Source: Candidatus Fermentibacteraceae bacterium (GTDB taxonomy: Bacteria > Fermentibacterota > Fermentibacteria > Fermentibacterales > JCC-6). Taken from it: a stretch of 64,000 nt of DNA. Under the pieces are notes generated by a model. That model was not told the DNA's origin, did not search any database, and worked only from the letters and a program-made list of their open reading frames with translations. Both the position numbers and the translations under genes were made by a program. The stretch is taken from contig JBGSZS010000021.1 in the NCBI GenBank assembly GCA_041750285.1, forward strand, positions 25,987-89,986. The letters run 5' to 3'. Positions 33,894 to 44,769 of the stretch are shown here, in pieces (the first letter of the stretch is position 1; every line of letters starts with the position of its first letter).

Positions 33894-35690
33894 ATGGGGA
33901 GGAAACTGAACCTTAATGAGGAGAGATCGGGAACCCTCTTCCTCTCCGGGAACGAGGCGATAGCCCGTGGGGCGTGGGAGTGCGGGGTGCACTTCGCCGC
34001 CGCCTATCCCGGAACACCGTCCACCGAGATACTCGAAACCATAGGCGAGCACTATCCCGAGATAAAGGCTCAGTGGGCACCCAATGAAAAGGTGGCCCTC
34101 GAGGTCGTGGCCGGGGCGAGCTTCGCCGGCGCAAGGGTTCTCTCGGCCATGAAACACGTGGGGTTGAACGTTGCGGCAGACCCCCTGTTCACCCTGAGCT
34201 ACATCGGCGCCACGGGCGGCGTGGTGGTGGTGAGCGCCGACGACCCCGGAATGCACTCGTCCCAGAACGAGCAGGACAACAGGCTCATGGGACGTGCTGC
34301 GAAACTCGTCGTCCTCGAGCCGTCGGACAGCCAGGAAGCACTTGATTTCACGAAGGAAGCATTCAGGATCAGCGAGGAGTTCGACACTCCGGTGCTTCTG
34401 CGTGTTACCACCAGGGTATGCCACTCAAAGAGCCTCGTTCGTGTTTCGGAACGGCGCGAGATACCGGTGAAGGGCTATGTGAAGGACATCGCCAAACGGG
34501 TGCCCATTCCGGCCAATGCCAGGAAGATGCACAGCCGGGTCGAGGCAAGGCTTTCCAGACTGTCGGACTGGGGCTCGGAAAGCGCCCTCAACGGCATCGA
34601 GATCAAAGACCCCTCGATCGGGGTCATAACCTCCGGGATCTCCTACCAGTACGTGAAGGAGGTCTACCCTGAAGCCAGCGTTCTCAGGCTGGGGATGACC
34701 AACCCGTTGCCGTGGAGGCTGATAGGTGATTTTATCGCAAGGGTTTCCAGGGTGGTGGTCATCGAGGAGGGCGAGCCCTTCCTCGAGGAGAGCATAAGAA
34801 GCCGCTTCCTGATCGATGCGCAGGGCAAGAGCCTCGTTCCCATCGAGGGTGAGCTGAACCCTGAACTGGTCAGGGCTGCTCTCCGACCCGAAAGCACCAT
34901 CAAGAGCCCGTATCGGGAGGCGGACCTTCCCGGAAGGCCGCCAACGCTCTGTCCCGGTTGCCCTCACAGGGGCGCATTCCATACACTTGCGGGCATGAAG
35001 TTCAGCTCCACCGGCGACATAGGGTGCTACACCCTTGGTCTCATGCCTCCCTACAACGCTCTAGAAACAGTCGTGTGCATGGGTGCAGCTGTGGGGGTCC
35101 TGGCCGGGATTGAGAAGGCGCTTGAACCGGGCGGGATGCCGAAGCTCGTTGCAGCCATCGGAGAATCGACCTTCATCCACTCCGGCATCACCGGACTCAT
35201 CGACATGGTGTACAACGGAAACACCGGCACGGTGATGATAATGGACAACAGCCTCACCGCCATGACGGGGGGCCAGCAGAACCCCGCCACGGGCAGAGAC
35301 CTCAGGGGGGAACCGGCTCCGATGCTCGACCTTGTGGAGATCGTCAGGGCATGCGGGGTGAAAAGGATAAGGGTGGTGGACCCCCACGACCTGAAGGAGA
35401 TGAAAAAGGTCCTGAAGGAGGAGTACGAAGCACCCGAGCTCAGCGTGATAATTACAAAACGCCCCTGCATCATGGCCTACAAGCCTCTCCGAAAGACCGT
35501 TGCGGTTCACGATCCCGACAAGTGCGTCCATTGCCGCGCCTGCATCAGACTGGGCTGTCCCGCCATAAGCTGGGACGCTGAAGCGGGGGTTCCCGTCATC
35601 AGTGAGATGCACTGCTGGCCCAACTGCAATCTGTGCGTCCAGGTGTGTCCCGTGGGAGCACTGGGCAAGGATCTCGAGGGGGTTGTCTGA
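33894..35690 (+). CDS. iorA: Indolepyruvate:ferredoxin oxidoreductase alpha subunit
   Basis: GNEAIARGA, YPGTPSTE, MKHVGLNVAAD, CPGCPHR, GDIGCY and C-terminal Fe-S motifs. Confidence 0.95.
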   Translation: MGRKLNLNEERSGTLFLSGNEAIARGAWECGVHFAAAYPGTPSTEILETIGEHYPEIKAQWAPNEKVALEVVAGASFAGARVLSAMKHVGLNVAADPLFTLSYIGATGGVVVVSADDPGMHSSQNEQDNRLMGRAAKLVVLEPSDSQEALDFTKEAFRISEEFDTPVLLRVTTRVCHSKSLVRVSERREIPVKGYVKDIAKRVPIPANARKMHSRVEARLSRLSDWGSESALNGIEIKDPSIGVITSGISYQYVKEVYPEASVLRLGMTNPLPWRLIGDFIARVSRVVVIEEGEPFLEESIRSRFLIDAQGKSLVPIEGELNPELVRAALRPESTIKSPYREADLPGRPPTLCPGCPHRGAFHTLAGMKFSSTGDIGCYTLGLMPPYNALETVVCMGAAVGVLAGIEKALEPGGMPKLVAAIGESTFIHSGITGLIDMVYNGNTGTVMIMDNSLTAMTGGQQNPATGRDLRGEPAPMLDLVEIVRACGVKRIRVVDPHDLKEMKKVLKEEYEAPELSVIITKRPCIMAYKPLRKTVAVHDPDKCVHCRACIRLGCPAISWDAEAGVPVISEMHCWPNCNLCVQVCPVGALGKDLEGVV

Positions 35691-36292
35691 TGGAAGGAAC
35701 GACCAACATCATCCTTTGCGGAACCGGCGGGCAGGGAATTCTTCTGGCCAGCGAGGTCTTGTGCGCCGCCGCTTGGAACAGCGGCTTCGACGTGAAGAAG
35801 AGCGAAGTGCACGGAATGGCCCAGCGGGGGGGAAGCGTTTCCAGCCACGTGAGGTTCGGCGGCAAGGTTTTCAGCGTTCTCGTCGAGCAGGGAACCGCCC
35901 ACATGATAATAGCGCTGGAGAAGATGGAAGGCTTGCGCTGGGCGCACTTTTTGAGCCCGGGCGGCAGGCTTGTTTCGGCGGACATCCGAATCAATCCCAT
36001 GACGGTCAACACGGGGTCCGCCACATACCCCGACATCGATGCGCTCGTGTCCGAAGGGGGGATTCCCTGCACCGAGGTCCCCGTGCTTTCCATAGCGCGT
36101 GACCTCGGCAACTTCAAGGTCGTCAACGTGGCGCTGCTGGGAGCCGCCTCAACCCTCATAGAGGGCATACCCCTGTCCAGCTGGGAGAGGGCCATCGAGG
36201 AAAGGGTCCCCCAAAAAGCGCTTGCCGTGAACATGGAAGCCTTCGAGAGGGGAAGGGCCGTACCTCACATCTCGAAGGGAGCCCCAAGATGA
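35690..36292 (+). CDS. iorB: Indolepyruvate:ferredoxin oxidoreductase beta subunit
   Basis: GTGGQG and SEVHGMAQRGGSV motifs; TGATG coupling to iorA. Confidence 0.95.
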   Translation: MEGTTNIILCGTGGQGILLASEVLCAAAWNSGFDVKKSEVHGMAQRGGSVSSHVRFGGKVFSVLVEQGTAHMIIALEKMEGLRWAHFLSPGGRLVSADIRINPMTVNTGSATYPDIDALVSEGGIPCTEVPVLSIARDLGNFKVVNVALLGAASTLIEGIPLSSWERAIEERVPQKALAVNMEAFERGRAVPHISKGAPR

Positions 36293-36612
36293 CCAGGCTT
36301 CTGGCCGATGCTCCCTACAGTGCGGAGAACTTCGGACGCCGGGCCGTAGTGGACGAGGATCACCTTCTTCTCATGCAGATAGCCCTGCTTCCGGGGCAGG
36401 AGGTTCCCCTGCACAAGGCAAACTCTAACGTGCACCTCATTGTGATGCAGGGTGACGTCCGGGTGATCCTCGACGGGGTTTCGACCCTGGCAGGCACGGG
36501 AGACCTGCTGCCGGTGGAATACGGCACTCCCATGCGCATCCTCAACGACGGCTCAGGCAACGCCACTTTCCTGGTGATCAAGACCCCTCATCCCAGGGTG
36601 ATGGAAAGGTGA
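36289..36612 (+). CDS. Cupin domain protein
   Basis: L.PGQEVPLH and N.G...ATFLVIK.P.P pattern. Confidence 0.85.
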   Translation: MTRLLADAPYSAENFGRRAVVDEDHLLLMQIALLPGQEVPLHKANSNVHLIVMQGDVRVILDGVSTLAGTGDLLPVEYGTPMRILNDGSGNATFLVIKTPHPRVMER

Positions 36613-36613
36613 T

Positions 36614-37822
36614 GTGCAGCCTCTTAGGCTTCATTCCCTGACACTGGCCTTCACCGGCGAGTGGGCCCTGTTGGAAGGACAGTTCCGTGCGGACGACTTC
36701 AGAACCGCACTTCCACGGATAAGAGTCTCCACGGTCCTGCTGGTGGTCATCTTCGCGCTGTTCGCACTGCTCGACCACTACATCGACCCGGAAAGCGCGC
36801 GCGGGTTCCTCCTGATCCGGTTCGGACTGATAACACCCGCAGCGCTCGCATTCCTTCTGCTCTCCTGGACGAAGTGGTTTGAAAAGGTCTACCAGCCTAT
36901 GGCGGCGCTCATCATGACATTGGGGGCCTTCGGGGTCATGTACATGATGGCCTTCGGGAATCAGGCCGTCAGGTCATCACACCAGACGGGGCTTCTCCTT
37001 GTGATAGTGAGCCTTTTCGTCTTTCTCGGGCTGCGGTTCATATGGGCGCTCGCGGGGTGGATACCCATCTTCGCCGGGTTCATCCTGGTGAACCATTTCC
37101 ACTCCGCATCACCGGAGGTCCTGAGGGCGGTCAGCACCTTTCTGTTCCTTAGCATCAGCGTCGTCTGCTTCGAGGTGTGCAGAAGGCTGGAGCTGTCCAG
37201 AAGAAGGAACTTCGCACTTCAGTGGAGCCTCTCACTCGAAAAGGCGATGGTCGCCGCATCGAACACGAACCTCGAGAAGCGGATAGACGAGAGGACGAGG
37301 GAGCTTCTCCATGCCAACCAGGTGCTGAGGGACGAGATGAACAGGACCGAAAGGCTGTTCCAGGAGAAGAGCATGCTCCAGGCCCGTCTGTACCACTCGG
37401 AGAAGACGGGGCCGGAAGTTCCAGAAGCTGTTGTTGCGGCGGATTCCGGCGGAACGGAAACGATCCTTCTCGTCGAGGCCGATGAAACGGTCCGTTCCAT
37501 CGCCGGCAAGACGCTTGCGTCACTCGGCTACCAAGTCCTGTCCGCCTCAGGCGAACAACAGGCCCTCGACCTTTCCACACGGTTCGAGGGGAACATCGAT
37601 CTGCTCCTGGTGGATGTTGTCATGCCCCTCCCGGGAGGACAGGCACTGGCCGGACGACTCATGGAGAAAAGACCCGGGATGAAGGTTCTGTTCACTTCGG
37701 GATACTCCGCAGACATGGTTCCGAAACAGGGAGTTCTATCACAGGGAGCCCATTTCATTGACAGACCCCGCAGCACCGCGGAGCTGGCGAAGCGCATGCG
37801 CGAAGTGCTGGAGGAAGGATGA
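36614..37822 (+). CDS. Membrane sensor (about 6 TM) + coiled coil + receiver domain, with no kinase core
   Basis: TM bundle, LEKRIDERTREL coil, then ETILLVE...DLLLVDVVMP...KVLFTSGY receiver. Confidence 0.85.
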   Translation: MQPLRLHSLTLAFTGEWALLEGQFRADDFRTALPRIRVSTVLLVVIFALFALLDHYIDPESARGFLLIRFGLITPAALAFLLLSWTKWFEKVYQPMAALIMTLGAFGVMYMMAFGNQAVRSSHQTGLLLVIVSLFVFLGLRFIWALAGWIPIFAGFILVNHFHSASPEVLRAVSTFLFLSISVVCFEVCRRLELSRRRNFALQWSLSLEKAMVAASNTNLEKRIDERTRELLHANQVLRDEMNRTERLFQEKSMLQARLYHSEKTGPEVPEAVVAADSGGTETILLVEADETVRSIAGKTLASLGYQVLSASGEQQALDLSTRFEGNIDLLLVDVVMPLPGGQALAGRLMEKRPGMKVLFTSGYSADMVPKQGVLSQGAHFIDRPRSTAELAKRMREVLEEG

Positions 37823-38988
37823 AGGAACCGACCCCCGACTACCGCAGACTGGAGCGGGTTCTGCAGGTGGACGGCGTTCTCAGTGAGATAGGCGATCTCG
37901 ACATCCTGCTCGAAAAAGTCCTTCTCGAGGCCAGACTTGCCACGGGAGCCGATGCCGGCTCCGTGTACACGATGGAAGGCGACACGCTCTACTTCCGGCA
38001 CGCCCAGAACGACACGCTCGTGGCCAGGGGAGAGAGGGTTCCCTACACAAGGTTCACGGTGCCGGTGAACAAGAACAGCATGGCCGGGTTTGTGGCATCG
38101 ACCGGTGAGATGCTTTCCATTCCGGATGTATCCCGGATCCCCACCGACTCACCCTACTCCTTCGACAACCTGTACGACAGGGTTGCAGGTTACAGAACGG
38201 TCTCCAGTCTTACGCTTCCACTGAGCAACAACAGGCACAGGGTCGTGGGTGTCCTTCAGCTCATAAACGCCCTGGGTCCTGACGGAGCACCGGTTCCCTT
38301 CTCCGGCGACCTCATACCATTCGCACGCCATTTCGCTGTTCTGGCGGCCGTTGCACTGGAAAGGGCAATGATGACCCGGACCCTTCTTCTTCGGATGATC
38401 AACATGGCGGAACTTCGCGACCCGAGGGAAACGGGTCCCCACGTTAACCGGGTTGGCGCCTGCGCATTGTGCCTTTACGACTCGTGGGCCCGCATGAACT
38501 CCGTTCCCGACACGGAAAGAGCCACCAGCAGGGACATTCTAAGAATGGCAGCCATGCTTCACGATGTGGGGAAGGTGGGGATCGCCGACAGCATTCTGAA
38601 GAAACCGGGTCCCCTGACAAGGGACGAGCGGATGATCATGGAAAGCCACTGCACGATTGGTGCCGAGATTCTTTCAAAGTGTGAGACATCGTTCGATGAG
38701 ATGGCCCGGGAGATAGCCATCGGCCACCACGAGAACTGGGACGGTTCTGGGTACCCGGCAGGCGCCAGTCGGGACGGCATATCGCTTTGGGCCAGGATCA
38801 CCGCCGTGGCCGACGTGTTCGACGCCCTGGGAAGCCGGCGCTGCTACAAGGACCCCTGGGACCTTTACAGAACCGTCGAGACCATGACCCCCCTTTTCGG
38901 GAGAAAATTCGATCCGGGGCTGAAAGAACCGTTCCTCTCAACGACAACAAGCCTGTGGGATACACGGAACGCCTACCCCGAGAGCTGA
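37819..38988 (+). CDS. GAF + HD-GYP domain phosphodiesterase
   Basis: GVLQLIN GAF motif; ETGPHVNRV, LHDVGK, HHENWDGSGYP and ADVFDAL. Confidence 0.93.
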   Translation: MKEPTPDYRRLERVLQVDGVLSEIGDLDILLEKVLLEARLATGADAGSVYTMEGDTLYFRHAQNDTLVARGERVPYTRFTVPVNKNSMAGFVASTGEMLSIPDVSRIPTDSPYSFDNLYDRVAGYRTVSSLTLPLSNNRHRVVGVLQLINALGPDGAPVPFSGDLIPFARHFAVLAAVALERAMMTRTLLLRMINMAELRDPRETGPHVNRVGACALCLYDSWARMNSVPDTERATSRDILRMAAMLHDVGKVGIADSILKKPGPLTRDERMIMESHCTIGAEILSKCETSFDEMAREIAIGHHENWDGSGYPAGASRDGISLWARITAVADVFDALGSRRCYKDPWDLYRTVETMTPLFGRKFDPGLKEPFLSTTTSLWDTRNAYPES

Positions 38989-38998
38989 AACACACCTG

Positions 38999-39325
38999 TC
39001 ACGATCCGGAGTCGCTCCAGCACACGACCGTTGCGGAAGATTCGCCGGTACAGTGAAATGAGTGGCTTTCACCGGGCGGTATCTCGAAAAATGCAGGCGC
39101 ATCGAGAACGAATTCGTCTTCGCCGGCGTTGACCGTGATGCTTCCCGACAGCAGAAGGACCAGCTCGTTCCTCTCCGCATGGCTGTGACCCCCCCGGGAG
39201 CAGCCCGGGTTGATGGAAAAGGCGTGGCAGTTGCTTATCGAACCGGTGTCACGGACACCCTCGAAAGGGTTGACGACATAACCCCTTTTGTCGCGGTGAT
39301 CGTCAAAGGTGAGCAGTCTCATCAC
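38999..39325 (-). CDS. Cupin-fold protein (FdtA/WxcM-like)
   Basis: H.D.RG, PG.SRGGH.H and IPPG..H motifs. Confidence 0.75.
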   Translation of the reverse strand: MMRLLTFDDHRDKRGYVVNPFEGVRDTGSISNCHAFSINPGCSRGGHSHAERNELVLLLSGSITVNAGEDEFVLDAPAFFEIPPGESHSFHCTGESSATVVCWSDSGS

Positions 39326-40356
39326 AGGTAGAGGGAGCTGAGGCTTCGGCCCTGGTGGATCCTCTTGATGGCTTCAGCGAATATGTGCGCCACGGAGAGG
39401 GTCTCCACCCTGGTCAGCGGGCCGCCGTTCACCTTTTCCGCAGCCTCTGCATCGAACTCGACAGTGTCGGTTATGTAAAGGCGTGTGATGGGGCTCTCCT
39501 CGATGCTCTTCACGGCGTCTCCGCTGAGGATGGCATGGGTCACGAAAGCATATATCTCTTTTGCACCCTTGGCTTTAGCCGTTTCGGCACAGAGAATGAG
39601 GCTGCGGCCGCTAAGGATCTCGTCGTCACTCATGATCACTACCCTGTCGCTCAGGTCATCCACGCCCTCAACCGTTCTCACAAGGGGTTTCTCGCTGTCG
39701 TCCACCCTGACTTTCTTCACGTAACCCGTGGTGATGTCCGGCACTCCCCCGGCATCCCTGATGCCCTTGGCAGCGTGAAGCGCGAGGAAATCGTTGTCGA
39801 GGATGGATCCTGAATCGGGGGCGATGAAGGCCAGTTTTTCAAGACCCATGCTCAGGATGCGGTTTATGAAAACAGTGTACGCGTGGAGCTGATCGACCGG
39901 GATGTTGCTGAAACCCTGGCTCTGCGGACAGTGAAGGGTCATGGCAAGTACCCTGTGTGTTCCAACGGCGGCGATAAGGTCGAACATCATCTTGGACGTG
40001 ATCGCGATGCGGGGCTTGTCCTTCTTGTCGCTCCTGGCGTAGGGGAAATACGGCGTGACGGCCGTGAGCCTGCCTGCGCTGTCCTTCAGTGCGCTGATCA
40101 TCTGCAGCATTTCGAGGATGTCGCCCGAAACAGCCCTGTAAGCGTCTGTCTTGTCTCCCAGAATCGAGCGCTCGCCGGACTGGATGATGAAAACATCCTT
40201 CTCGCGAACCGTTCCGCCGGGAAAGTTCACCATCATGTTGCCGTTCGAGAACTGGTGGAACTCGACCGGCTCGGGTTCTATGCCAAGGATCCTGCAGACG
40301 CTTCGGCACAGCCCCGTGCTGGCCCTGCCAGAGCAAATCGCAATACTGCCGTACAT
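39322..40356 (-). CDS. prs: Ribose-phosphate pyrophosphokinase (divergent)
   Basis: FSNG, PYFPYARSD, LHCPQ.QGF, APDSG, DDEI.SG and TH.ILSG motifs. Confidence 0.92.
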   Translation of the reverse strand: MYGSIAICSGRASTGLCRSVCRILGIEPEPVEFHQFSNGNMMVNFPGGTVREKDVFIIQSGERSILGDKTDAYRAVSGDILEMLQMISALKDSAGRLTAVTPYFPYARSDKKDKPRIAITSKMMFDLIAAVGTHRVLAMTLHCPQSQGFSNIPVDQLHAYTVFINRILSMGLEKLAFIAPDSGSILDNDFLALHAAKGIRDAGGVPDITTGYVKKVRVDDSEKPLVRTVEGVDDLSDRVVIMSDDEILSGRSLILCAETAKAKGAKEIYAFVTHAILSGDAVKSIEESPITRLYITDTVEFDAEAAEKVNGGPLTRVETLSVAHIFAEAIKRIHQGRSLSSLYL

Positions 40357-40384
40357 CTCTTCCCCCCCCGGGGTTCCCCCGTTT

Positions 40385-40849
40385 TTACTGCCTGAGGGCG
40401 ATGAACTGGTCCGCCGTTTCCTCTATCGTGCTGAAAATAACGCTCAACATCGCCGTGAAAGCCTCGTACCCGACACCGTTCTCGGTGGTGAACGTGTAGG
40501 TGCACATGACTTCACCCGTCGTGGGGTCGGCCTCGAACTTGACGAAGGGGTACGAGCTGTTCAGTTCGCTTATCAGCTCGAGGGCTGCGAGCCTTTCGGG
40601 GCCCGATGCCGGGACAACGCCGGGTGTGGGTCCCGCCATGAAGCACGCATCCATCGTGGCGTTCACCTCGATGTAGAATATGGCGTATGCCTCTCCGGAA
40701 CCTTCATCGGTCTGGATGATGAAGAACACATCCTCTTCCTGCTCGTATGCGGCATTGATCTGGTCGAGATATCCGGCGATGGTTGCCGGGGTGACTACTG
40801 CGAAGGCCATGGAAGAAGCCAGAAATGCAAGCACGGCTGCGAACTTCAT
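40385..40849 (-). CDS. Secreted YbjN-domain protein
   Basis: Signal peptide MKFAAVLAFLASSMAFA; LELISELN..YPFVKF..D...GEV pattern. Confidence 0.7.
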   Translation of the reverse strand: MKFAAVLAFLASSMAFAVVTPATIAGYLDQINAAYEQEEDVFFIIQTDEGSGEAYAIFYIEVNATMDACFMAGPTPGVVPASGPERLAALELISELNSSYPFVKFEADPTTGEVMCTYTFTTENGVGYEAFTAMLSVIFSTIEETADQFIALRQ

Positions 40850-41032
40850 TGATATACCTCTCGTTCTTGATGCGGCACGACATGAGAGTACCGGTAGCGG
40901 GTAATATTGTTCCCCGGCCCATTTCAAGAAAGGGCGCAAGTCTTTACAGAAAACCGCGGATTGAAGATGTTACGCATTATACATATCCCACCCTTCGGAG
41001 TGAAGACTCGCTTCAATCGGAAAGAGGCATCC

Positions 41033-41434
41033 ATGGATCGCAGGATAAGGGTACTTATCGGAAAACCGGGGCTGGACGGGCATGACCGGGGAGCCAAGTA
41101 CATCGCCAGGGCCCTTCGGGACGCTGGCATGGAGGTCATCTACACGGGTATCCGCCAGACGCCTCAGGCAATAGCGGATGCGGCGATTCAGGAGGATGTG
41201 GATTTCGTGGGTCTCTCACTGCTGTCCGGCGCCCATAACCACCTTTTTCCCGAGGTTGCCCGCATCCTTCGGGAGAAGGGCGCGGGAGACATCGTGCTGT
41301 TCGGGGGGGGAGTGATACCCGAAGAAGACATCCCTGGGCTTCAGAATGCCGGGTTCAAGGCCATCTTCACTCCCGGTGCCCCTGCCTCCGACGTTGTTTC
41401 CTTCATCGAAAACGAACAGAAGAACAGAAGCTGA
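41033..41434 (+). CDS. Acyl-CoA (methylmalonyl-CoA) mutase cobalamin-binding subunit
   Basis: [19 protein letters not shown] and GGGVIP motifs. Confidence 0.95.
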   Translation: MDRRIRVLIGKPGLDGHDRGAKYIARALRDAGMEVIYTGIRQTPQAIADAAIQEDVDFVGLSLLSGAHNHLFPEVARILREKGAGDIVLFGGGVIPEEDIPGLQNAGFKAIFTPGAPASDVVSFIENEQKNRS

Positions 41435-41438
41435 CGGC

Positions 41439-42407
41439 ATGACTCCCGGGGATTCCCTTGCGGGGGATGTAACCCGCGGCGTGGTGCGGGCCGTGGCCCG
41501 GGGGCTGAGTTTTGTCGAAAACGGGTCTCCCGGGGCTTCCGCGCTGCTTCACGCCCTCTTCCCCCTTGTTCCCGATCACTTCACGATCGGCGTCACCGGT
41601 CCTCCCGGTGCGGGGAAGAGCACTCTGCTCGACCGCATGATAACCCGGTACCGTTCGCAGGGGTCAAGGGTTGGGGTCATCGCTGTCGACCCATCGTCGC
41701 CCTTCACCGGCGGAGCACTGCTGGGTGACAGGCTCAGGATGCAGTCCCACTCCACCGACCCCGGAGTGTTCATCCGCAGCATGGGCAGCAGGGGGCATCT
41801 GGGAGGGCTTTCCGGCGCCACCCGCGATGCGGCCCTCCTGCTTGCGGCCGCCGGGTACGATCCCGTCTTCCTTGAAACTGTCGGGGTCGGCCAGGCCGAA
41901 GTCGAGATCGCGGAAGTTGCCGATCTGACAGTACTTGTCCTCGTTCCAGGCGCCGGGGACGATGTTCAGGCAATGAAAGCCGGCATAATGGAGATCGGTG
42001 ACCTCATCGTTCTCAACAAGGCAGACAGACCTGGCATCGATCAGCTCGAGGCAGCAGTCACAGCCTCGCTCGATCTTGTTCCCCGGGGCAGGGCTCGACC
42101 GGGAGTTGCAAGGGTGTCAGCGGTTACGGGGGAGGGGCTGGAAGATCTCTGGGCGCTGATGGACAGCCACCTTGCCTCCATCGACCCTGCGAAGCGCAGA
42201 CTCGAGAACACCCGGCGCACGCTCAGGGGTCTTCTCGCGGAGACCGGAACCCTGTTTGCGGCAAGGCTTCTGGAAAGGGATTTCGGCACCGAGGAACAGA
42301 TACTTGAACTGATATCGAACGGCGCCACGACGCCCTACGAGGTCGGGCGCAGACTTGCCCGCACGGCGGAAAGGATGCTTTCAGGCAATGAACGTGAAGA
42401 AGATTGA
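41439..42407 (+). CDS. meaB: Methylmalonyl-CoA mutase-associated GTPase MeaB/ArgK
   Basis: GVTGPPGAGKST, VDPSSPFTGGALLGDR.RM, ETVGVGQ and NKAD motifs. Confidence 0.95.
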   Translation: MTPGDSLAGDVTRGVVRAVARGLSFVENGSPGASALLHALFPLVPDHFTIGVTGPPGAGKSTLLDRMITRYRSQGSRVGVIAVDPSSPFTGGALLGDRLRMQSHSTDPGVFIRSMGSRGHLGGLSGATRDAALLLAAAGYDPVFLETVGVGQAEVEIAEVADLTVLVLVPGAGDDVQAMKAGIMEIGDLIVLNKADRPGIDQLEAAVTASLDLVPRGRARPGVARVSAVTGEGLEDLWALMDSHLASIDPAKRRLENTRRTLRGLLAETGTLFAARLLERDFGTEEQILELISNGATTPYEVGRRLARTAERMLSGNEREED

Positions 42408-42789
42408 CCACATCGGGATAGCCGTTGAGAACCTTGACGAGTCGGCTGCGTTTTACCGCGACATTCTGGGGCTAGAGTACCTGGGCACCGAGGATGTTCC
42501 TTCCCAGAAAGTCAGGGTGGCGATGTTCAGGGTGGGAGAATCCAGGGTCGAACTGCTGGAACCAACCTCTGCCGACAGCCCGATTGCCTCATTCCTCCAG
42601 ACCCGGGGGCAGGGCATCCACCACATAGCCTACTCGGTCTCTGACGCGGCCGGGTCGGTCAACGAGCTTGTTGAAGCCGGGGTGAATATGATTGACACAA
42701 AACCCAGGCCCGGGGCCGGCGGCACAAAGATTGCGTTCATTCACCCCAGGGCCAGCGGCAGGGTTCTCACAGAACTCTGCCAGCACTGA
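42388..42789 (+). CDS. mce: Methylmalonyl-CoA epimerase
   Basis: [19 protein letters not shown] and F.HP...G.VL.EL motifs. Confidence 0.95.
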   Translation: MNVKKIDHIGIAVENLDESAAFYRDILGLEYLGTEDVPSQKVRVAMFRVGESRVELLEPTSADSPIASFLQTRGQGIHHIAYSVSDAAGSVNELVEAGVNMIDTKPRPGAGGTKIAFIHPRASGRVLTELCQH

Positions 42790-42808
42790 ACGAAAGGGCT
42801 CTTCACCG

Positions 42809-44359
42809 ATGGACTCACAGGACAGAAACGCCAAACTTACCAGGTTCAGGGAGCTGGCCCTGCAGGGCGGCGGAGAGAAACGGATCGCAAAACAGCATTC
42901 CCAGGGCAGCCTGACTGCCCGGGAAAGGCTCGACCTTCTTCTGGACGACGGCAGCTTCGAAGAGTTCGACATGCTCAAGACCCACCGTTCGACCAACTTC
43001 GGGCTGGACAAACAGAAGTACTACGGCGACGGAGTTGTGACCGGCTACGGAACCATAGACGGCAGGCTTGTCTACGTTTTCAGCCAGGATTTCACGGTAT
43101 TCGGCGGCTCGCTCTCCGAGACCTTTGCCGAGAAGATCAAGAAGGTTATGGATCTGGCGGCCCAGAACGGTGCTCCGCTTATCGGGCTCAACGATTCCGG
43201 CGGCGCCCGTATCCAGGAGGGCATCGAAAGCCTGGCCGGTTACGGCGACATCTTTCTCAAGAACGTGCTCTATTCAGGTGTCATTCCGCAGCTGAGCGTG
43301 ATCCTCGGCCCGTGCGCCGGGGGGGCGGTTTACAGCCCTGCCATCACCGACTTTACAATAATGGTCGAGAACACCAGCTACATGTTCGTAACCGGACCGG
43401 ACGTCGTCAGGGCCGTCACCGGCGAGGACGTCACGAAGGACGAACTGGGCGGCCCGTTCGTGCACAGCCAGAGGAGCGGGGTCTCCCACATCGTCTGCAA
43501 GGACGAGAAGGAAGCGCTGCTTCTTGTGCGCAAGCTCTTCAGCTACATACCCCAGAACAACATGGAAGACCCGGTCACCATACCGTGCAGCGACTCCCCT
43601 GACAGGTCAGAGGACTGGCTGGACGAGTTCGTTCCCGAAAATCCCAACAAGCCGTACGACATGCGGAAGGTCATCGCGACCGTTGCCGACCACGGCGAGT
43701 TCCTCGAGATACAAAGGGCCTACGCCCAGAACATCATCATCGGTTTTGGCAGGATGAACGGTAAACCTGTGGGCATAGTGGCGAACCAGCCCAGCTTTCT
43801 CGCCGGGGTTCTGGACATCGACGCCTCGGTGAAGGCGGCGCGTTTCGTCAGGTTCTGCGACGCCTTCAACATACCCCTTCTCACCTTCGTCGATGTTCCG
43901 GGGTTCATGCCGGGAACAAAACAGGAGTACGGCGGCATCATCCGCAACGGAGCCAAGCTGCTCTACGCCTACGCCGAGGCAACGGTCCCGAAGGTTACCG
44001 TGATCACGAGAAAAGCGTACGGCGGCGCATACGACGTCATGAGTTCGAAACATCTCCGAAGCGACCTGAACTTCGCATGGCCGTCGGCGGAAATTGCCGT
44101 CATGGGCCCCGAGGGCGCCGTGAACATCATATTCCGGAACGAGCTGGCGGAGTCTCCCGATCCTGAAGCCCGGAGGGCCGAGCTAGTAAAGGAATACCGC
44201 GACAAGTTCGCCAACCCCTACGATGCTGCGTCACGGGGCTACATCGATGCCGTGATCATGCCGCGTGAAACGCGCTTCCGCATCATCAAGAGTCTGGAGA
44301 TGCTTCAGGGGAAAAGGCAGGAGATACCCGCCAAAAAGCACGGGAACATTCCGTTATGA
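42809..44359 (+). CDS. mmdA: Methylmalonyl-CoA decarboxylase alpha / acyl-CoA carboxyltransferase subunit
   Basis: [30 protein letters not shown] and KKHGNIPL motifs. Confidence 0.92.
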   Translation: MDSQDRNAKLTRFRELALQGGGEKRIAKQHSQGSLTARERLDLLLDDGSFEEFDMLKTHRSTNFGLDKQKYYGDGVVTGYGTIDGRLVYVFSQDFTVFGGSLSETFAEKIKKVMDLAAQNGAPLIGLNDSGGARIQEGIESLAGYGDIFLKNVLYSGVIPQLSVILGPCAGGAVYSPAITDFTIMVENTSYMFVTGPDVVRAVTGEDVTKDELGGPFVHSQRSGVSHIVCKDEKEALLLVRKLFSYIPQNNMEDPVTIPCSDSPDRSEDWLDEFVPENPNKPYDMRKVIATVADHGEFLEIQRAYAQNIIIGFGRMNGKPVGIVANQPSFLAGVLDIDASVKAARFVRFCDAFNIPLLTFVDVPGFMPGTKQEYGGIIRNGAKLLYAYAEATVPKVTVITRKAYGGAYDVMSSKHLRSDLNFAWPSAEIAVMGPEGAVNIIFRNELAESPDPEARRAELVKEYRDKFANPYDAASRGYIDAVIMPRETRFRIIKSLEMLQGKRQEIPAKKHGNIPL

Positions 44360-44769
44360 TGACACTGATCCCCGCCGATACGCTGGTTTCCGCCCCCGTC
44401 GATCCCGGTCTGATCGACGTGGGAGTGCAGATCACCTGGCTTGGACTGGCCGCGGTGTTTTCCGGACTGCTGATCCTTGCCGTGCTTCTTCCCCTGCTGA
44501 GATGGCTGGTCGAACCAAAGAAAAGGCCGCTGGTGTTGAAGAAGACCGATCCCGAATGCACCTCAGGCCAGCTCCCGGCCTTCTCCCCTGAAGAGGTTGC
44601 CGCAGTCACGGCGGCCATCCATGCGCATCTTGTCCACCTTGACAGGGTGCATGAAAGCAAGATGACCTGGCAGGACCATGAGAAACCCTACTCACCCTGG
44701 AGGCTCGCGGGAAGGGCGAAGATACTTCTCGCCAAAAGCAGCCTGAGACTCAGGGACAGGAGAGTGTGA
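44356..44769 (+). CDS. mmdD: Na+-pumping decarboxylase delta/gamma (OadG-like) subunit
   Basis: Single [12 protein letters not shown] and SPWRLAGR motifs; operon position. Confidence 0.82.
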   Translation: MMTLIPADTLVSAPVDPGLIDVGVQITWLGLAAVFSGLLILAVLLPLLRWLVEPKKRPLVLKKTDPECTSGQLPAFSPEEVAAVTAAIHAHLVHLDRVHESKMTWQDHEKPYSPWRLAGRAKILLAKSSLRLRDRRV

